A DNA stretch of 64,000 nt from Endomicrobiales bacterium (GTDB lineage Bacteria; Elusimicrobiota; Endomicrobiia; Endomicrobiales; CAWCFT01), in NCBI GenBank assembly GCA_963794945.1, contig CAWCFT010000009.1:32001-96000 (forward strand). Direction: 5' to 3'. This document shows positions 49,573 through 58,890 of this stretch, one piece after another (the stretch's first letter is position 1; each line of letters starts with the position of its first letter). The notes under the pieces were generated by a model. That model saw nothing but the letters and a program-made list of their open reading frames with translations. It was not told where the DNA came from and made no database searches. Position numbers and translations under genes: made by a program.

Positions 49573-49606
49573 GGGGGCCTCCCACACTGCTTATAATATA
49601 GTCCAA

Positions 49607-49730
49607 CAAAAAAAATAAGAGAAAGCGTTAATAAACGCCATCCCTTGGTAACATTGCCCAACGAAATGTTTCTTCATGTTTAACCTTTTTTCCTAAGGAT
49701 CAAGGTGAGCCGGGATGGCTGCTTCAATAA
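49607..49730 (-). promoter_or_regulatory. Putative L20 ribosomal protein leader RNA upstream of infC
   Basis: GAAGCA-GCCATCC...CTCACCTT...AAGGTT...GGATGGC followed by a hairpin and U-run; position and layout resemble the L20_leader family (recalled, not searched). Confidence 0.6.
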
Positions 49731-49763
49731 GTATGCGTATTATATTAGATTATCAATAATATG

Positions 49764-51518
49764 TCAAATAGTATTTAACAATTCCGGGTATACCGCTTCT
49801 TTCGTAAGTTCAGTTATAAAGCTATCGACATCCTTTACGCCAAGGTCCTTGTTTCCCCTAGCTCTCACGGCGACCGTTCCGGCTTCCTTCTCTTTATCGC
49901 CTATGACGATCATGTAAGGTATCTTTTTTAGGCTTGCCTCGCGTATCTTGAAACCTATCTTCTCGTTTCTGTCGTCAAACCTCACCCGGAGGCCGGACTT
50001 TTTCATCTTGGCAACTACGGATGCTGCGCAATCGATCTGGCTGTTTGTAATGTTCATGACAACTACCTGCTCGGGCGCGAGCCAAAGCGGGAACGCGCCG
50101 GCGTAATGTTCTATCAAAACACCGAAAAACCTTTCGAGCGAGCCCATAAGCGCCCTGTGGATCATGTACGGACGCACTTTTTTACCTTCTTTGTCAACGT
50201 ATGTCATATCGAAACGCTGAGGTTCATTAAAGTCGAACTGTATAGTAGAACACTGCCACTCGCGGTTTAACGCGTCTTTAATTTTTATATCTATTTTAGG
50301 CCCGTAAAAAGCTCCACCGCCTTCATCCATTATGCATTTAAGGCCTTCGACTTTGACGGCTTCCTGCAAAGCGCTGGTGGCATCGGCCCAATCCTTGTCG
50401 TCTCCAACTGAATCTTTCTTGGGTTTCGTTGCAACATAAATACTATACTGAGTAAACCCAAAAGCGTTCAGCATCGCAAGGCAAAATCTTAGAACTCGCC
50501 TTATTTCGGACGGCATCTGTTCCGGGCTGCATATAATGTGCGCATCATCCTGCGTAAACCCTCTCACTCTCATGAGACCGTGAAGGACCCCGCTTTTTTC
50601 GTATCTGTACACTGTGCCTAGTTCGGCCCAGCGCACGGGCAGGTCTCTGTATGAGTACAGGGCGTTGTTATACATCATTATATGGAACGGACAGTTCATG
50701 GGTTTAACATAGAAATCCTGCTCATCGACTTTCATCGGTGAATACATGTTCTCACTATAGAACCCCAGATGTCCGCTTGTTTCCCACAGCTTGCCCCTGC
50801 CTATGTGCGGGGTGTAAACCAGTTCATACCCGTTAGCGAGATGCTGGTTGCGCCAAAAGTTCTCTATTTCAAGCCTAATCCTTGCACCTTTGGGATGCCA
50901 CATCACAAGCCCCGGCCCAACTTCTTCGTTTATTGAGAATAATTCTAATTCTTTGCCGAGCTTTCTGTGATCGCGCTTCTTTGCTTCTTCTATTCTGGCG
51001 AGGTACTCTTTGAGCTCTTCTTTCGTAAAGAACGCCGTTCCATATATCCTCTGGAGCTGCTCGCGTTTCTCGTCGCCGCGCCAATATGCGCCTGCTATCG
51101 AAAGAAGCTTAAAGAACCTCAGCTTGCCCGTAGCCTCAACGTGAGGCCCGCGGCAAAGGTCAATGAAATCGCCTGATGTATAAAAAGTAATTTTCTGCCC
51201 TTTGAGTTCTTTTATAAGCTCAACTTTATATTTCTCGCCCTTAGAAGCAAAATATTCTTCCGCTTCATCGCTTGTCTTTTCAGTGCACGCGAACTTGTAA
51301 TTCGCGTTAACTATTTCTTTCATTTTCTCTTCGATCTTTGGCAGGTCTTCAGGCACGAATGGCGTAGGCCGGTCAAAATCATAATAAAATCCGTCTTCTA
51401 TTGAAGGCCCAATAGCAACTTTTGTTTCCGGGTATAACGACACCACTGCCGCAGCCATGACATGCGCCGCCGAGTGCCTAAGTGTTTCTAGTTCTTTCTG
51501 TTTGTGCTCATTGCTCAT
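49764..51518 (-). CDS. thrS: Threonyl-tRNA synthetase, short form without the TGS domain
   Basis: RHSAAH, GFYYDF, DLCRGPH, GAYWRG, RDHRKLG, KPMNCP, RVRGFTQDDAH, FYGPKID. Confidence 0.97.
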   Translation of the reverse strand: MSNEHKQKELETLRHSAAHVMAAAVVSLYPETKVAIGPSIEDGFYYDFDRPTPFVPEDLPKIEEKMKEIVNANYKFACTEKTSDEAEEYFASKGEKYKVELIKELKGQKITFYTSGDFIDLCRGPHVEATGKLRFFKLLSIAGAYWRGDEKREQLQRIYGTAFFTKEELKEYLARIEEAKKRDHRKLGKELELFSINEEVGPGLVMWHPKGARIRLEIENFWRNQHLANGYELVYTPHIGRGKLWETSGHLGFYSENMYSPMKVDEQDFYVKPMNCPFHIMMYNNALYSYRDLPVRWAELGTVYRYEKSGVLHGLMRVRGFTQDDAHIICSPEQMPSEIRRVLRFCLAMLNAFGFTQYSIYVATKPKKDSVGDDKDWADATSALQEAVKVEGLKCIMDEGGGAFYGPKIDIKIKDALNREWQCSTIQFDFNEPQRFDMTYVDKEGKKVRPYMIHRALMGSLERFFGVLIEHYAGAFPLWLAPEQVVVMNITNSQIDCAASVVAKMKKSGLRVRFDDRNEKIGFKIREASLKKIPYMIVIGDKEKEAGTVAVRARGNKDLGVKDVDSFITELTKEAVYPELLNTI

Positions 51519-51597
51519 TGATTTACCCAAGGATTTCCGGTGTGTATTTCGACTTTTCAGGTATTTAAAATTAAATGCCTAATGGCGGGTCTACCTC

Positions 51598-51649
51598 TGG
51601 TGGAACACGAAGCTCTGACCCTCCGCTGTTGCGAATACTCTAACCAACT
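51598..51649 (-). pseudogene. Degenerate partial copy of the adjacent tRNA-Val
   Basis: Shares tggtg, cgaa.ctctgaccc and tactctaaccaact with 51671-51747 but lacks intact acceptor and anticodon stems. Confidence 0.5.
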
Positions 51650-51670
51650 ATGAAAGATTTGTTGAAATGT

Positions 51671-51747
51671 TGGTGCCCGGTAGAGGACTCGAACCTCTGA
51701 CCCCTTCCATGTCAAGGAAGTACTCTAACCAACTGAGCTAACCGGGC
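51671..51747 (-). tRNA. tRNA-Val(GAC) with encoded CCA
   Basis: Acceptor GCCCGGT/ACCGGGC, anticodon arm CTTCC-TTGACAT-GGAAG, T-loop GTTCGAGT. Confidence 0.96.
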
Positions 51748-51898
51748 ATTTAAGTCGCAATACTGTTATATTTCTAGTTTTTAGACCGAAATGTTACTTC
51801 TGAAAAAACACAAGACTAGAACGTTTTTTGATTATACAAAAAATATGTCTTAAATTCAAATTTTAGTTTCTAAGATGAGAGAACATTTTCATTTTGTA

Positions 51899-52753
51899 TC
51901 ATCGCGCCAGCCCCCTGCGCCTGCAATTACTTTCGATACAATTTAGGGGAAGCTCTAAAAGCTTTAAGTCATATTTGAAAATATTGCCCAACAGCGGGCC
52001 TTGCAATTGGCCACAAGGCCTCACCGAACCATCGACCCCAATAACTGCAAAATCCATGCCGGCATTACAGCAAGCACCTGATGATTTTTGATTTGTTTCG
52101 AGATTTATCGAACCAGATGAATCTCTTTCTTCACAAAGCATATTCATGTCATCTTGATCCTTACCCCATCTTTCCGTAATATCCATTAATTTTAGTTCTT
52201 CAATTGAATATGCGTGCGGATATTCTTTGCCATTATATTTGCCGCAGAATTGTGTCAAAGCCATATCGATATTTAAACCTTTAAAATACCTCTTGTAGTT
52301 AAGCATTTCTCTCAGTTGAAGTGGATGCGCCAGATAGCATACATTACAGATAAACCCTGCTTTTCGCAGTTTTATGACATTGCCGGCAAATTTAAAGTGA
52401 TCAGTTTTAAGAGGATGAAAAGTGGAATTAATTTCCACCTTTGAAGCGTCATTCTTTAAGATAAACTCTTCCAAAGGGACAGATAGGTTAGTTGTAACAT
52501 GAATAACATGCATTTTACTTAATTTGTATATAATATCAGCAAATCCCGGATAGAGAAAGGGCTCGCCTCCAGTAATGTATATCTTAATCGGTCCGTGCTC
52601 ATCATAAATATTTTCCCACGCGGAGCACACTTCATCCACGCTTCTGTCCGTACCATGCTGCTTTTTGATGTTATCCCATCCTGTTTGCGTAAAAAAGCAA
52701 TATTCACACTTGTAATTGCACTCATATCCCATATCCCAGGTAAATATCTTCAT
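51899..52753 (-). CDS. Radical SAM protein with twitch/SPASM-like C-terminus, paralog of 39611..40438
   Basis: CNYKCEYC, ITGGEP, CCNAG...DGSVRPCG...GNI...CIESNC. Confidence 0.88.
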   Translation of the reverse strand: MKIFTWDMGYECNYKCEYCFFTQTGWDNIKKQHGTDRSVDEVCSAWENIYDEHGPIKIYITGGEPFLYPGFADIIYKLSKMHVIHVTTNLSVPLEEFILKNDASKVEINSTFHPLKTDHFKFAGNVIKLRKAGFICNVCYLAHPLQLREMLNYKRYFKGLNIDMALTQFCGKYNGKEYPHAYSIEELKLMDITERWGKDQDDMNMLCEERDSSGSINLETNQKSSGACCNAGMDFAVIGVDGSVRPCGQLQGPLLGNIFKYDLKLLELPLNCIESNCRRRGLAR

Positions 52754-52848
52754 AAATATCTCTCTTTATCTGATTCAATAATGTTGCAATAACCATTATT
52801 AGAATTGCCGCCGCTCACACGGAAACCGGTGCCAACATGAAGCTAGCG

Positions 52849-53946
52849 TCATTTTGAAAGTTCCACAAAACACATCTCATTATCAGCCGCAATATCTATC
52901 AACTTAAAACCGCTGGCGGCGGCCATTCCCCCGATTTCAGTTATTCCAAGCTTATATTGTATCACATGTTTACTTACAGTCACAGAATCACTGCCAGGAC
53001 CATTATAGGATTTGCCAAGCACGGCCGACCATATCTTTCTCTTTAATACGTTAACTGCCTTCTCTTTGAGGTCGATCCACGAAATCAATATCCTCCCGTT
53101 CTGCGAAAGGCACTTTTTAAGCTTCTTTAATGTTTCAAGCTGCTTTGCGGGATCCAGAATATTAAGCATTCTGGCAAATATGATGTAGTCATATTGTTCA
53201 TCCGAATTAATGTTGTTTAAATTAATAGTTTTCACTTGCTTTCCCTGCCTTATTAATTTTGCGGCTTCTTCGGAATAGCCTCCGGACGACTGGATGTCAG
53301 CTATATTCTTTTCTAGTCCAACGTTTTGTATTTTACTTTCTGTAATCTTCAGGCTTTGCTGCCATTTTTCTAAAGATACGCCCATATTTGACCGCAATAA
53401 TATATAATTTTTATAATAGCTTAAATCGGTTTCAGGTAAAATTAACGATAGTATTGCTTTAATATTAAGGCGGAACCGCTTCAAAACAAACGAAATATAA
53501 GATAAATTTAATATATTAATCGTGATAGAACAATATAGCAACAAAATACTTATGCTTTTCCCGATCGGCGAATCGAGGTTAATTTCATATCCATTCTTTT
53601 TTATCCTCACAACTCGGCCCAGGATATCATCATAAATAACAAGCCTATCATCTTTAGCCACGTTGTTATCGCCCTTTGTGCAGAAACAAGGCCCGTTTTT
53701 GCCTTTAACCTTTTTTATAACTCTATGCGCGGTATTGATGTCCAACGACCTGTCAATATTTTCATAAACAACTATATCTCCAACACGAATTATATCGGGA
53801 GATACCTTTTTAACAAAAAGTGAATCGCCGGATATCAGAAGGGGCCACATACTTCTCCCTTTTGACTTAAATATTACCTCATTTCCTTTTACAAGCGACT
53901 CTTTACCCAGTTCGTTCAAAGTCTTCCGAAATTTTGCTGAATCCAT
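52849..53946 (-). CDS. S26/S24 signal-peptidase-like domain fused to a degenerate class I methyltransferase-like domain
   Basis: GRSMWPLL..GD, GDIVVY, AHRV, TKGDNN..D; hydrophobic segment; then YDYIIF...L.KLKKCLSQNGRILI. Confidence 0.72.
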   Translation of the reverse strand: MDSAKFRKTLNELGKESLVKGNEVIFKSKGRSMWPLLISGDSLFVKKVSPDIIRVGDIVVYENIDRSLDINTAHRVIKKVKGKNGPCFCTKGDNNVAKDDRLVIYDDILGRVVRIKKNGYEINLDSPIGKSISILLLYCSITINILNLSYISFVLKRFRLNIKAILSLILPETDLSYYKNYILLRSNMGVSLEKWQQSLKITESKIQNVGLEKNIADIQSSGGYSEEAAKLIRQGKQVKTINLNNINSDEQYDYIIFARMLNILDPAKQLETLKKLKKCLSQNGRILISWIDLKEKAVNVLKRKIWSAVLGKSYNGPGSDSVTVSKHVIQYKLGITEIGGMAAASGFKLIDIAADNEMCFVELSK

Positions 53947-54004
53947 TATAACGCCTCTATGCCCATGCTTATAGCTTCTATGATACTCTAAAGGACTGAA
54001 TTTC

Positions 54005-54925
54005 CTATATTAATAATACACTATACTCATTTGTAATTTTCTTAATAATCATTTTTTCAATTGTTTTACTGAACTTCATAGGGCAATATCCGCTGTAGCA
54101 GGACCTGGATATTGTGATAATGGCAGGGTTGATAGCTTTATTTTTCAGCGTGTCGAATATTCTATTAATCTCTCCGTTTATAGCTTCGGTATCCTGAAAA
54201 TATTCTTTCACTCTGGACTTTTTATGGCTAACAACAACAATATACCTTCCATTGTCTTTAGAGAATTCTAACTTAATATTATCGTACAACAAATATTTAT
54301 TTTTCGATAATAATTCCCTTTTTAAATATTGCCCGCGCGTTATTTCAATAGTGTGAAACAGCTCATTGCCGACAGAATCCCTGCAGGCAAAATAGTCCAG
54401 ATCAATATCAAGCAATACTTTTTTATTTTGCGGAATATGATCCATATCACATATATGTGAATCGAAATGTTTTATGTCGGGGAAAGCTTTGGTGAACATT
54501 TTGTTTTTTATAGGCGGTTCACTGCTTTTCTCGCACTTAATTATTTTCCCTTCCCCAAAAACAGAATAGACGATCATTTTGTGGTCTTCGGGTTTAATTT
54601 TTCTCCATTTTGGAAATACAAAATAAGCGTTTTTTACTATTCCGCCAAGAATGGCCGGTAGGATAAAACTTCCTATATCGATTTGCATATCACCGCGGAT
54701 AAAATCATTATAATAACCCGCGTAATCGGCGTATTTATTCTTTGGTATGTAAATCGATTTTGACAGCGTATTCGGCGTACCCATATCGCTATGCGCATCC
54801 AAGTGCAATATATCCAACGGCTCATTAATATTATTTTTATTTTTTTCTTTATGCCAGCAATAAAATGATTCATTGTGTTCGTCAACAATATAGACTGGAA
54901 TTCTATTATTTTTTTTGGTTATCAT
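54005..54925 (-). CDS. UPF0489 arginase-fold protein, candidate peptide arginase
   Basis: VDEHNESF..W, HLDAHSDM, LDIDLDYF, ITISRS..SGY metal-ligand motifs. Confidence 0.75.
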   Translation of the reverse strand: MITKKNNRIPVYIVDEHNESFYCWHKEKNKNNINEPLDILHLDAHSDMGTPNTLSKSIYIPKNKYADYAGYYNDFIRGDMQIDIGSFILPAILGGIVKNAYFVFPKWRKIKPEDHKMIVYSVFGEGKIIKCEKSSEPPIKNKMFTKAFPDIKHFDSHICDMDHIPQNKKVLLDIDLDYFACRDSVGNELFHTIEITRGQYLKRELLSKNKYLLYDNIKLEFSKDNGRYIVVVSHKKSRVKEYFQDTEAINGEINRIFDTLKNKAINPAIITISRSCYSGYCPMKFSKTIEKMIIKKITNEYSVLLI

Positions 54926-55186
54926 AATTTAATTCCTTATACATACCGCCTATTAATTTCGAGGTTGAATCCCAATAAGTCAAACTAAATGCTAAAATTT
55001 GTGAAGAGTGAGAGAGTAGAATAAATATCTATATTACTCATTAGTAAACCCGCACACAATATATTTTTGTTATTAGATCAGGAAGGGAACTTTCGAGCAT
55101 TTTTTCATCTCTATTTATGCCAAATGGTGACCCTTTTATCAGAGCCCTCTGAAATCTATTATGTTATCAGATAGTATTTAGACGCT

Positions 55187-56299
55187 TTACACTTTTAAGT
55201 CGGTATTTAAAACCCTCGTTTCAGGGAAGAGACCTTCATCGCGGGCAATTTTACAGAAGACAAAAGGCGCTAAAAACGATTTTTGCTCCCAATAAGCTTC
55301 CGCCCTGCATTTTCCAAGGCAGAAATTCTTCATCATGCACTTCCCGCAAATTCCCTCAAGCTTTAAAGGCACGTCTTTTCTGATAATATTAAGAATCTTG
55401 TTATTTTCCCACACCTGCTTAAGTTTTGTGTCCTTAATATTGCCCATATTGAGTTCTTTAACGACACTACCTATTCCGCAAATTGATATTGTCCCATCAC
55501 CCGTAATACCGATTATAGACTTTATTCCGCATACGCACTTTTCAGTTTTGAGCTCTTCTATTGTTTTAAACGCCGGAGGAATATCAAAACACAGCTTGAG
55601 TTTTTTCTTAAGCCTTGGTCTGGACATATAGCTTTTCATTTTTTTATTTGTTTTGAGTATTTCGCCAATAGTAAGCAATTCGCCTTTACTCTTCATAATA
55701 TCCGCGCGGGAAACATTCATTATCGGGTTTATCTTCAGGCTGTTCACCCGCAAGGCCGCGCAAAGATCTATCATTTGTTTCATTTTACTTTTGTTTTCGT
55801 TCCAAAGGCTGCATATTACTTGTAAACTTAGCCCGGGGTTATATTTTCTCAACTGCCTTATTCCGTTTACAGCATTTTTGAATGACCCTTTTACATTCCT
55901 GAGTTTTTCGTGTGTTTGTTCATCAGGCCCGTCCAATGATACCGCTACTTGCATCACTTTATAATCTCTTACAGCCTTAGCCTCTTTCTCGCCGATCAGG
56001 GTGCCGTTTGTTTCAATATGCATGTTCAATTGATTCTTTTTGATCCATTTAAACAGCTCTATAATATCTTTTCTTAAAAAAGGTTCTCCGCCGGTGATCT
56101 TCACTGTTCTAAGCCCCAGCTTTTTGGCTTGTTTTAGCGCGTTTATTATATAACGCAGCTCAATGTCTTTCTTGTTGCCGCCATTGTCATCAGGCATACC
56201 AGTAAAATCGGGGTTTATCCAGCAGTGCCTGCAGTTAAGGTTACAGTATTTTGAAAAATATAAATACACTGATTTTAAAAGATATTTTTTTGTTTTCAT
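55187..56299 (-). CDS. Radical SAM/SPASM peptide maturase, ScmF-like
   Basis: YLYFSKYCNLNCRHCWI.P, KITGGEP, IETNG, CG...G.ISICGIG, LEGICGKC.....CLGKC.A. Confidence 0.85.
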   Translation of the reverse strand: MKTKKYLLKSVYLYFSKYCNLNCRHCWINPDFTGMPDDNGGNKKDIELRYIINALKQAKKLGLRTVKITGGEPFLRKDIIELFKWIKKNQLNMHIETNGTLIGEKEAKAVRDYKVMQVAVSLDGPDEQTHEKLRNVKGSFKNAVNGIRQLRKYNPGLSLQVICSLWNENKSKMKQMIDLCAALRVNSLKINPIMNVSRADIMKSKGELLTIGEILKTNKKMKSYMSRPRLKKKLKLCFDIPPAFKTIEELKTEKCVCGIKSIIGITGDGTISICGIGSVVKELNMGNIKDTKLKQVWENNKILNIIRKDVPLKLEGICGKCMMKNFCLGKCRAEAYWEQKSFLAPFVFCKIARDEGLFPETRVLNTDLKV

Positions 56300-56302
56300 C
56301 GC

Positions 56303-57337
56303 TTAGTTTTCCCTTTTCCAGCAGTAAAGTTCAGTATTTTTAATCCCTCCGGGATAATGGTACGGGTAACACCTGTGCCCCCAGAAACAGATATACTGAT
56401 GCTCGCATTCAACGCATTCCGGCATTTTTGTAATATCAACATGCAGATCCTTCCTGAAACTCCGCAGCACTTTTGAATTTTTCCAAATCTCCTTAAAGCT
56501 GTTTTTGTAAAGGCTCCCGGCTTTTACTTCCCAAATAACTTCACACGGAGTCACTGATCCGTCAGGCCGAATAGCGCACCTGGAAGTTGCCGCACCGCAG
56601 GGTGGGACTGTTATTTCCTTCATTTTAGGTTTAAACTTGCCAAGCCCTTTCAATTTATCATTCTGCTGCAGGTACGAGCCCGTTATAAAACCCGGGTATA
56701 GTTTCGAAAGCTTGACAATTTCTTCGATCGCTTTCCGCTCTTCATCAGGTGAAACATACACTTCCTTAAGGAAACACGCTGCGTTCCCGCCGTAAAATAC
56801 GTGGTTAAACCTGACACTGCTTGCTCCGATCTCTTTTCCAAGCTTTACAACTTTTTCTATATCTCCGATATTAAGCTTGGTCACGGTAAACGAAAGAAGC
56901 GCCTGCCCGCCGTATTTGATAATATTTTTTATTCCTGCTACGGCGCGGTCAAACGTATTTTTGCCTCTTTGCCTTTCATGCGTACCTTTTGCGCCGTCTA
57001 TGGACACAACGTAAGACCTAATATTAAAATCTTTTATTAGCATTTTTGCCATTTTATCCGTCATAAGAGTGGCGTTAGTGTTCATCGAGATCTTAATTTT
57101 ATACTTTCGGAACCTTTCAAGAAGAGCCGGCAGGTCCTTCTTTACAAGCGGTTCCCCGCCAAAAATTGAGACATTGAATACTTTTGCCCGGCCCACTTCG
57201 TCGATAACGCTAAGCATCTTTTCAGTGGACATATCTCTTTCCCCCCAGCTTTGCTTGACTCCGCAATGCCTGCATCGTTGGTTGCATTTGCCTGTTACAG
57301 TGAAACATAATGACGTAGGTGCGGAATATATCTTCAT
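56303..57337 (-). CDS. Radical SAM/SPASM peptide maturase, ScmE-like
   Basis: AP.S....TGKCNQRCRHC, GGEP, NTNA, SIDG..HERQRG, CGA....AIRPDG.VTPC, CVEC.....C....C. Confidence 0.85.
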   Translation of the reverse strand: MKIYSAPTSLCFTVTGKCNQRCRHCGVKQSWGERDMSTEKMLSVIDEVGRAKVFNVSIFGGEPLVKKDLPALLERFRKYKIKISMNTNATLMTDKMAKMLIKDFNIRSYVVSIDGAKGTHERQRGKNTFDRAVAGIKNIIKYGGQALLSFTVTKLNIGDIEKVVKLGKEIGASSVRFNHVFYGGNAACFLKEVYVSPDEERKAIEEIVKLSKLYPGFITGSYLQQNDKLKGLGKFKPKMKEITVPPCGAATSRCAIRPDGSVTPCEVIWEVKAGSLYKNSFKEIWKNSKVLRSFRKDLHVDITKMPECVECEHQYICFWGHRCYPYHYPGGIKNTELYCWKREN

Positions 57338-57533
57338 CGCTTATCTCCTCTCAAACACTAACTTCCTGCTTAAAGACAAACTTTTTGAGTTGTGGCACAG
57401 GCTCTAAATTCGAAGGGTTCCATGTCGCTGGAGTGATTGAACAAGCTTAGCCTTTGCTTTATCCGCTTCAAAGTGTATTATTTCTGTCTCCGGCCATAAA
57501 CAGTTCCAGCAGTCGTTGACTAAACCATTGATA

Positions 57534-57797
57534 TTAATCCGCCCGCAACAGTATCTTTGATTTAACCAGGTCTTTAATTATGTTATTAATATCATCTTTA
57601 ATGTCATCTATTTTAGCCACGTAGGCCTTTGACAGCTCACCGTAAATATTTTCAATGTCCAGCCCTTTGTTTACCATTTGCCATACCTCACTGCCTGTCT
57701 TGTTAAGGTAACAATTTTCATTTGTATCAATGTTTACTATCACAACCTCGCCGTCAATATCCCGCCAAAGAACATCCTTGTTAATTTTATATTTCAT
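57534..57797 (-). CDS. PqqD family / RiPP recognition element (RRE)
   Basis: WRDIDGEVVIV, YLNKTGSEVW, I...LS..Y, DDI..II.DL...KIL; 87 aa. Confidence 0.9.
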   Translation of the reverse strand: MKYKINKDVLWRDIDGEVVIVNIDTNENCYLNKTGSEVWQMVNKGLDIENIYGELSKAYVAKIDDIKDDINNIIKDLVKSKILLRAD

Positions 57798-58074
57798 TTC
57801 CCGCCTCCAGCAAGCCGTCCTTTTTCATTTTTTTAATGAATAATAATATATCCGGCCTTATCTTTTTATTGTTTTTGCCGTACTTATCTGTTGCTTTTGC
57901 GATAATATCTTCGATGCTGTATTTTCCGTTGCAAAACCCGCATATATATGCGCCGGTTTCATTGAGCGTTTCCATACTCCCTGTTTCCGAATTAAATACA
58001 ATAGCCTCTTTGCCTTCGCGCCTGAAAACTATTTTTGGGTTTATAACGAAATAAATATTTTTCCTACTCATCAA
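57787..58074 (-). CDS. PqqD family / RRE (ScmD-like)
   Basis: NPKIVFRRE..EAIVFNSETG...LNETGAYI...CNG.YSIEDI, DILLFI..M...GLL; GGAGG RBS. Confidence 0.9.
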   Translation of the reverse strand: MMSRKNIYFVINPKIVFRREGKEAIVFNSETGSMETLNETGAYICGFCNGKYSIEDIIAKATDKYGKNNKKIRPDILLFIKKMKKDGLLEAGNEI

Positions 58075-58329
58075 AACCTCCTGTGCCGCTTTATGTAAAT
58101 AATTTCTTGAATCGGCTTTTTAATAAACCTCGATTTTTTATTCCTGTTCCACCTAACCTGTCATTCAGCAATGAATTGCCGCACGTTAAGTGTTATAAAC
58201 AGCAGCCTTTTTCATGGAATGTTGAAAATCCGTTTATGGTTTAGCGGCTGGACACATTTTTAAACTGGGCTCACAGTTATTGTTAAGAATTGGTATTTTA
58301 TCTTATGGATTCTTTTAAGCCAAAAAATA

Positions 58330-58539
58330 TTAGTCCAGCGGAGCTGTGCCTGGCCCACATGTGCTAAAAGGATAGCTACCTCGGACACATTCCCCTTCCG
58401 AAACACCACTACTACCACCAACGCACAGCGGAAGCGCACTGTATCCGGATGCTTCAAACTTGTAGTCTGTTTTGTTCCCGAATAGTATCTTTTCAGGTTT
58501 TATCCATTTCATCTTGCTTTGCTTCTTCCTGCTTTTCAT
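58330..58539 (-). CDS. RiPP precursor P1 (3 x CxxG)
   Basis: MKSRKKQSKMKWIKPEKILFGNKTDYKFEASG-YSALPLCVGGSSGVSEGECVRGSYPFSTCGPGTAPLD; GGGAGA RBS. Confidence 0.85.
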   Translation of the reverse strand: MKSRKKQSKMKWIKPEKILFGNKTDYKFEASGYSALPLCVGGSSGVSEGECVRGSYPFSTCGPGTAPLD

Positions 58540-58559
58540 CTTTCTTTCTCCCAAAACAA

Positions 58560-58619
58560 CTTACACCATTGGTTAGCTGTTGTGTTATGACAAGATTGCT
58601 GGAAGTTTTCAACATCTGT
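58560..58619. repeat. 60-bp spacer repeat, copy A (between P2 and P1)
   Basis: 49/60 identical to 59631-59690 by manual alignment. Confidence 0.8.
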
Positions 58620-58837
58620 CACCATTCTATTATAGGCCTGTTACCAGTATTGCAAGTGTTTACTCCGACAGCGGCACCACCGCCATTACATATATAGCCT
58701 GCAAAACCTTCACCACCGGTGACGCACTGAAAATCGTATCCGGATGCTTCAAACTCGTAGTCTATTTTGTTCCCAAATATTATCTTTTCGGGTTTTATCC
58801 ATTTCATCTTTTTATGTTTCCTGATGTTTTTATTCAT
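58619..58837 (-). CDS. RiPP precursor P2 (3 x CxxG)
   Basis: MNKNIRKHKKMKWIKPEKIIFGNKIDYEFEASG-YDFQCVTGGEGFAGYICNGGGAAVGVNTCNTGNRPIIEW. Confidence 0.85.
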   Translation of the reverse strand: MNKNIRKHKKMKWIKPEKIIFGNKIDYEFEASGYDFQCVTGGEGFAGYICNGGGAAVGVNTCNTGNRPIIEW

Positions 58838-58890
58838 TTTTCCCAATCCTGGAATCTGGCCTGCAATGGCCAGGCATCTCGCCCGTACTG

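Noticed and set aside
54930..55186. Possible IS-end remnants in the spacer (e.g. GAGGGCTCTGATAAAA on the minus strand near 55135-55150), and TTAGAGCCTGTG near 57400
   Set aside because: No partner inverted repeat, target duplication or transposase fragment could be identified by eye.
57534..58074. PQQ biosynthesis operon
   Set aside because: No PqqB or PqqC, and no precursor with the ExxxY core.
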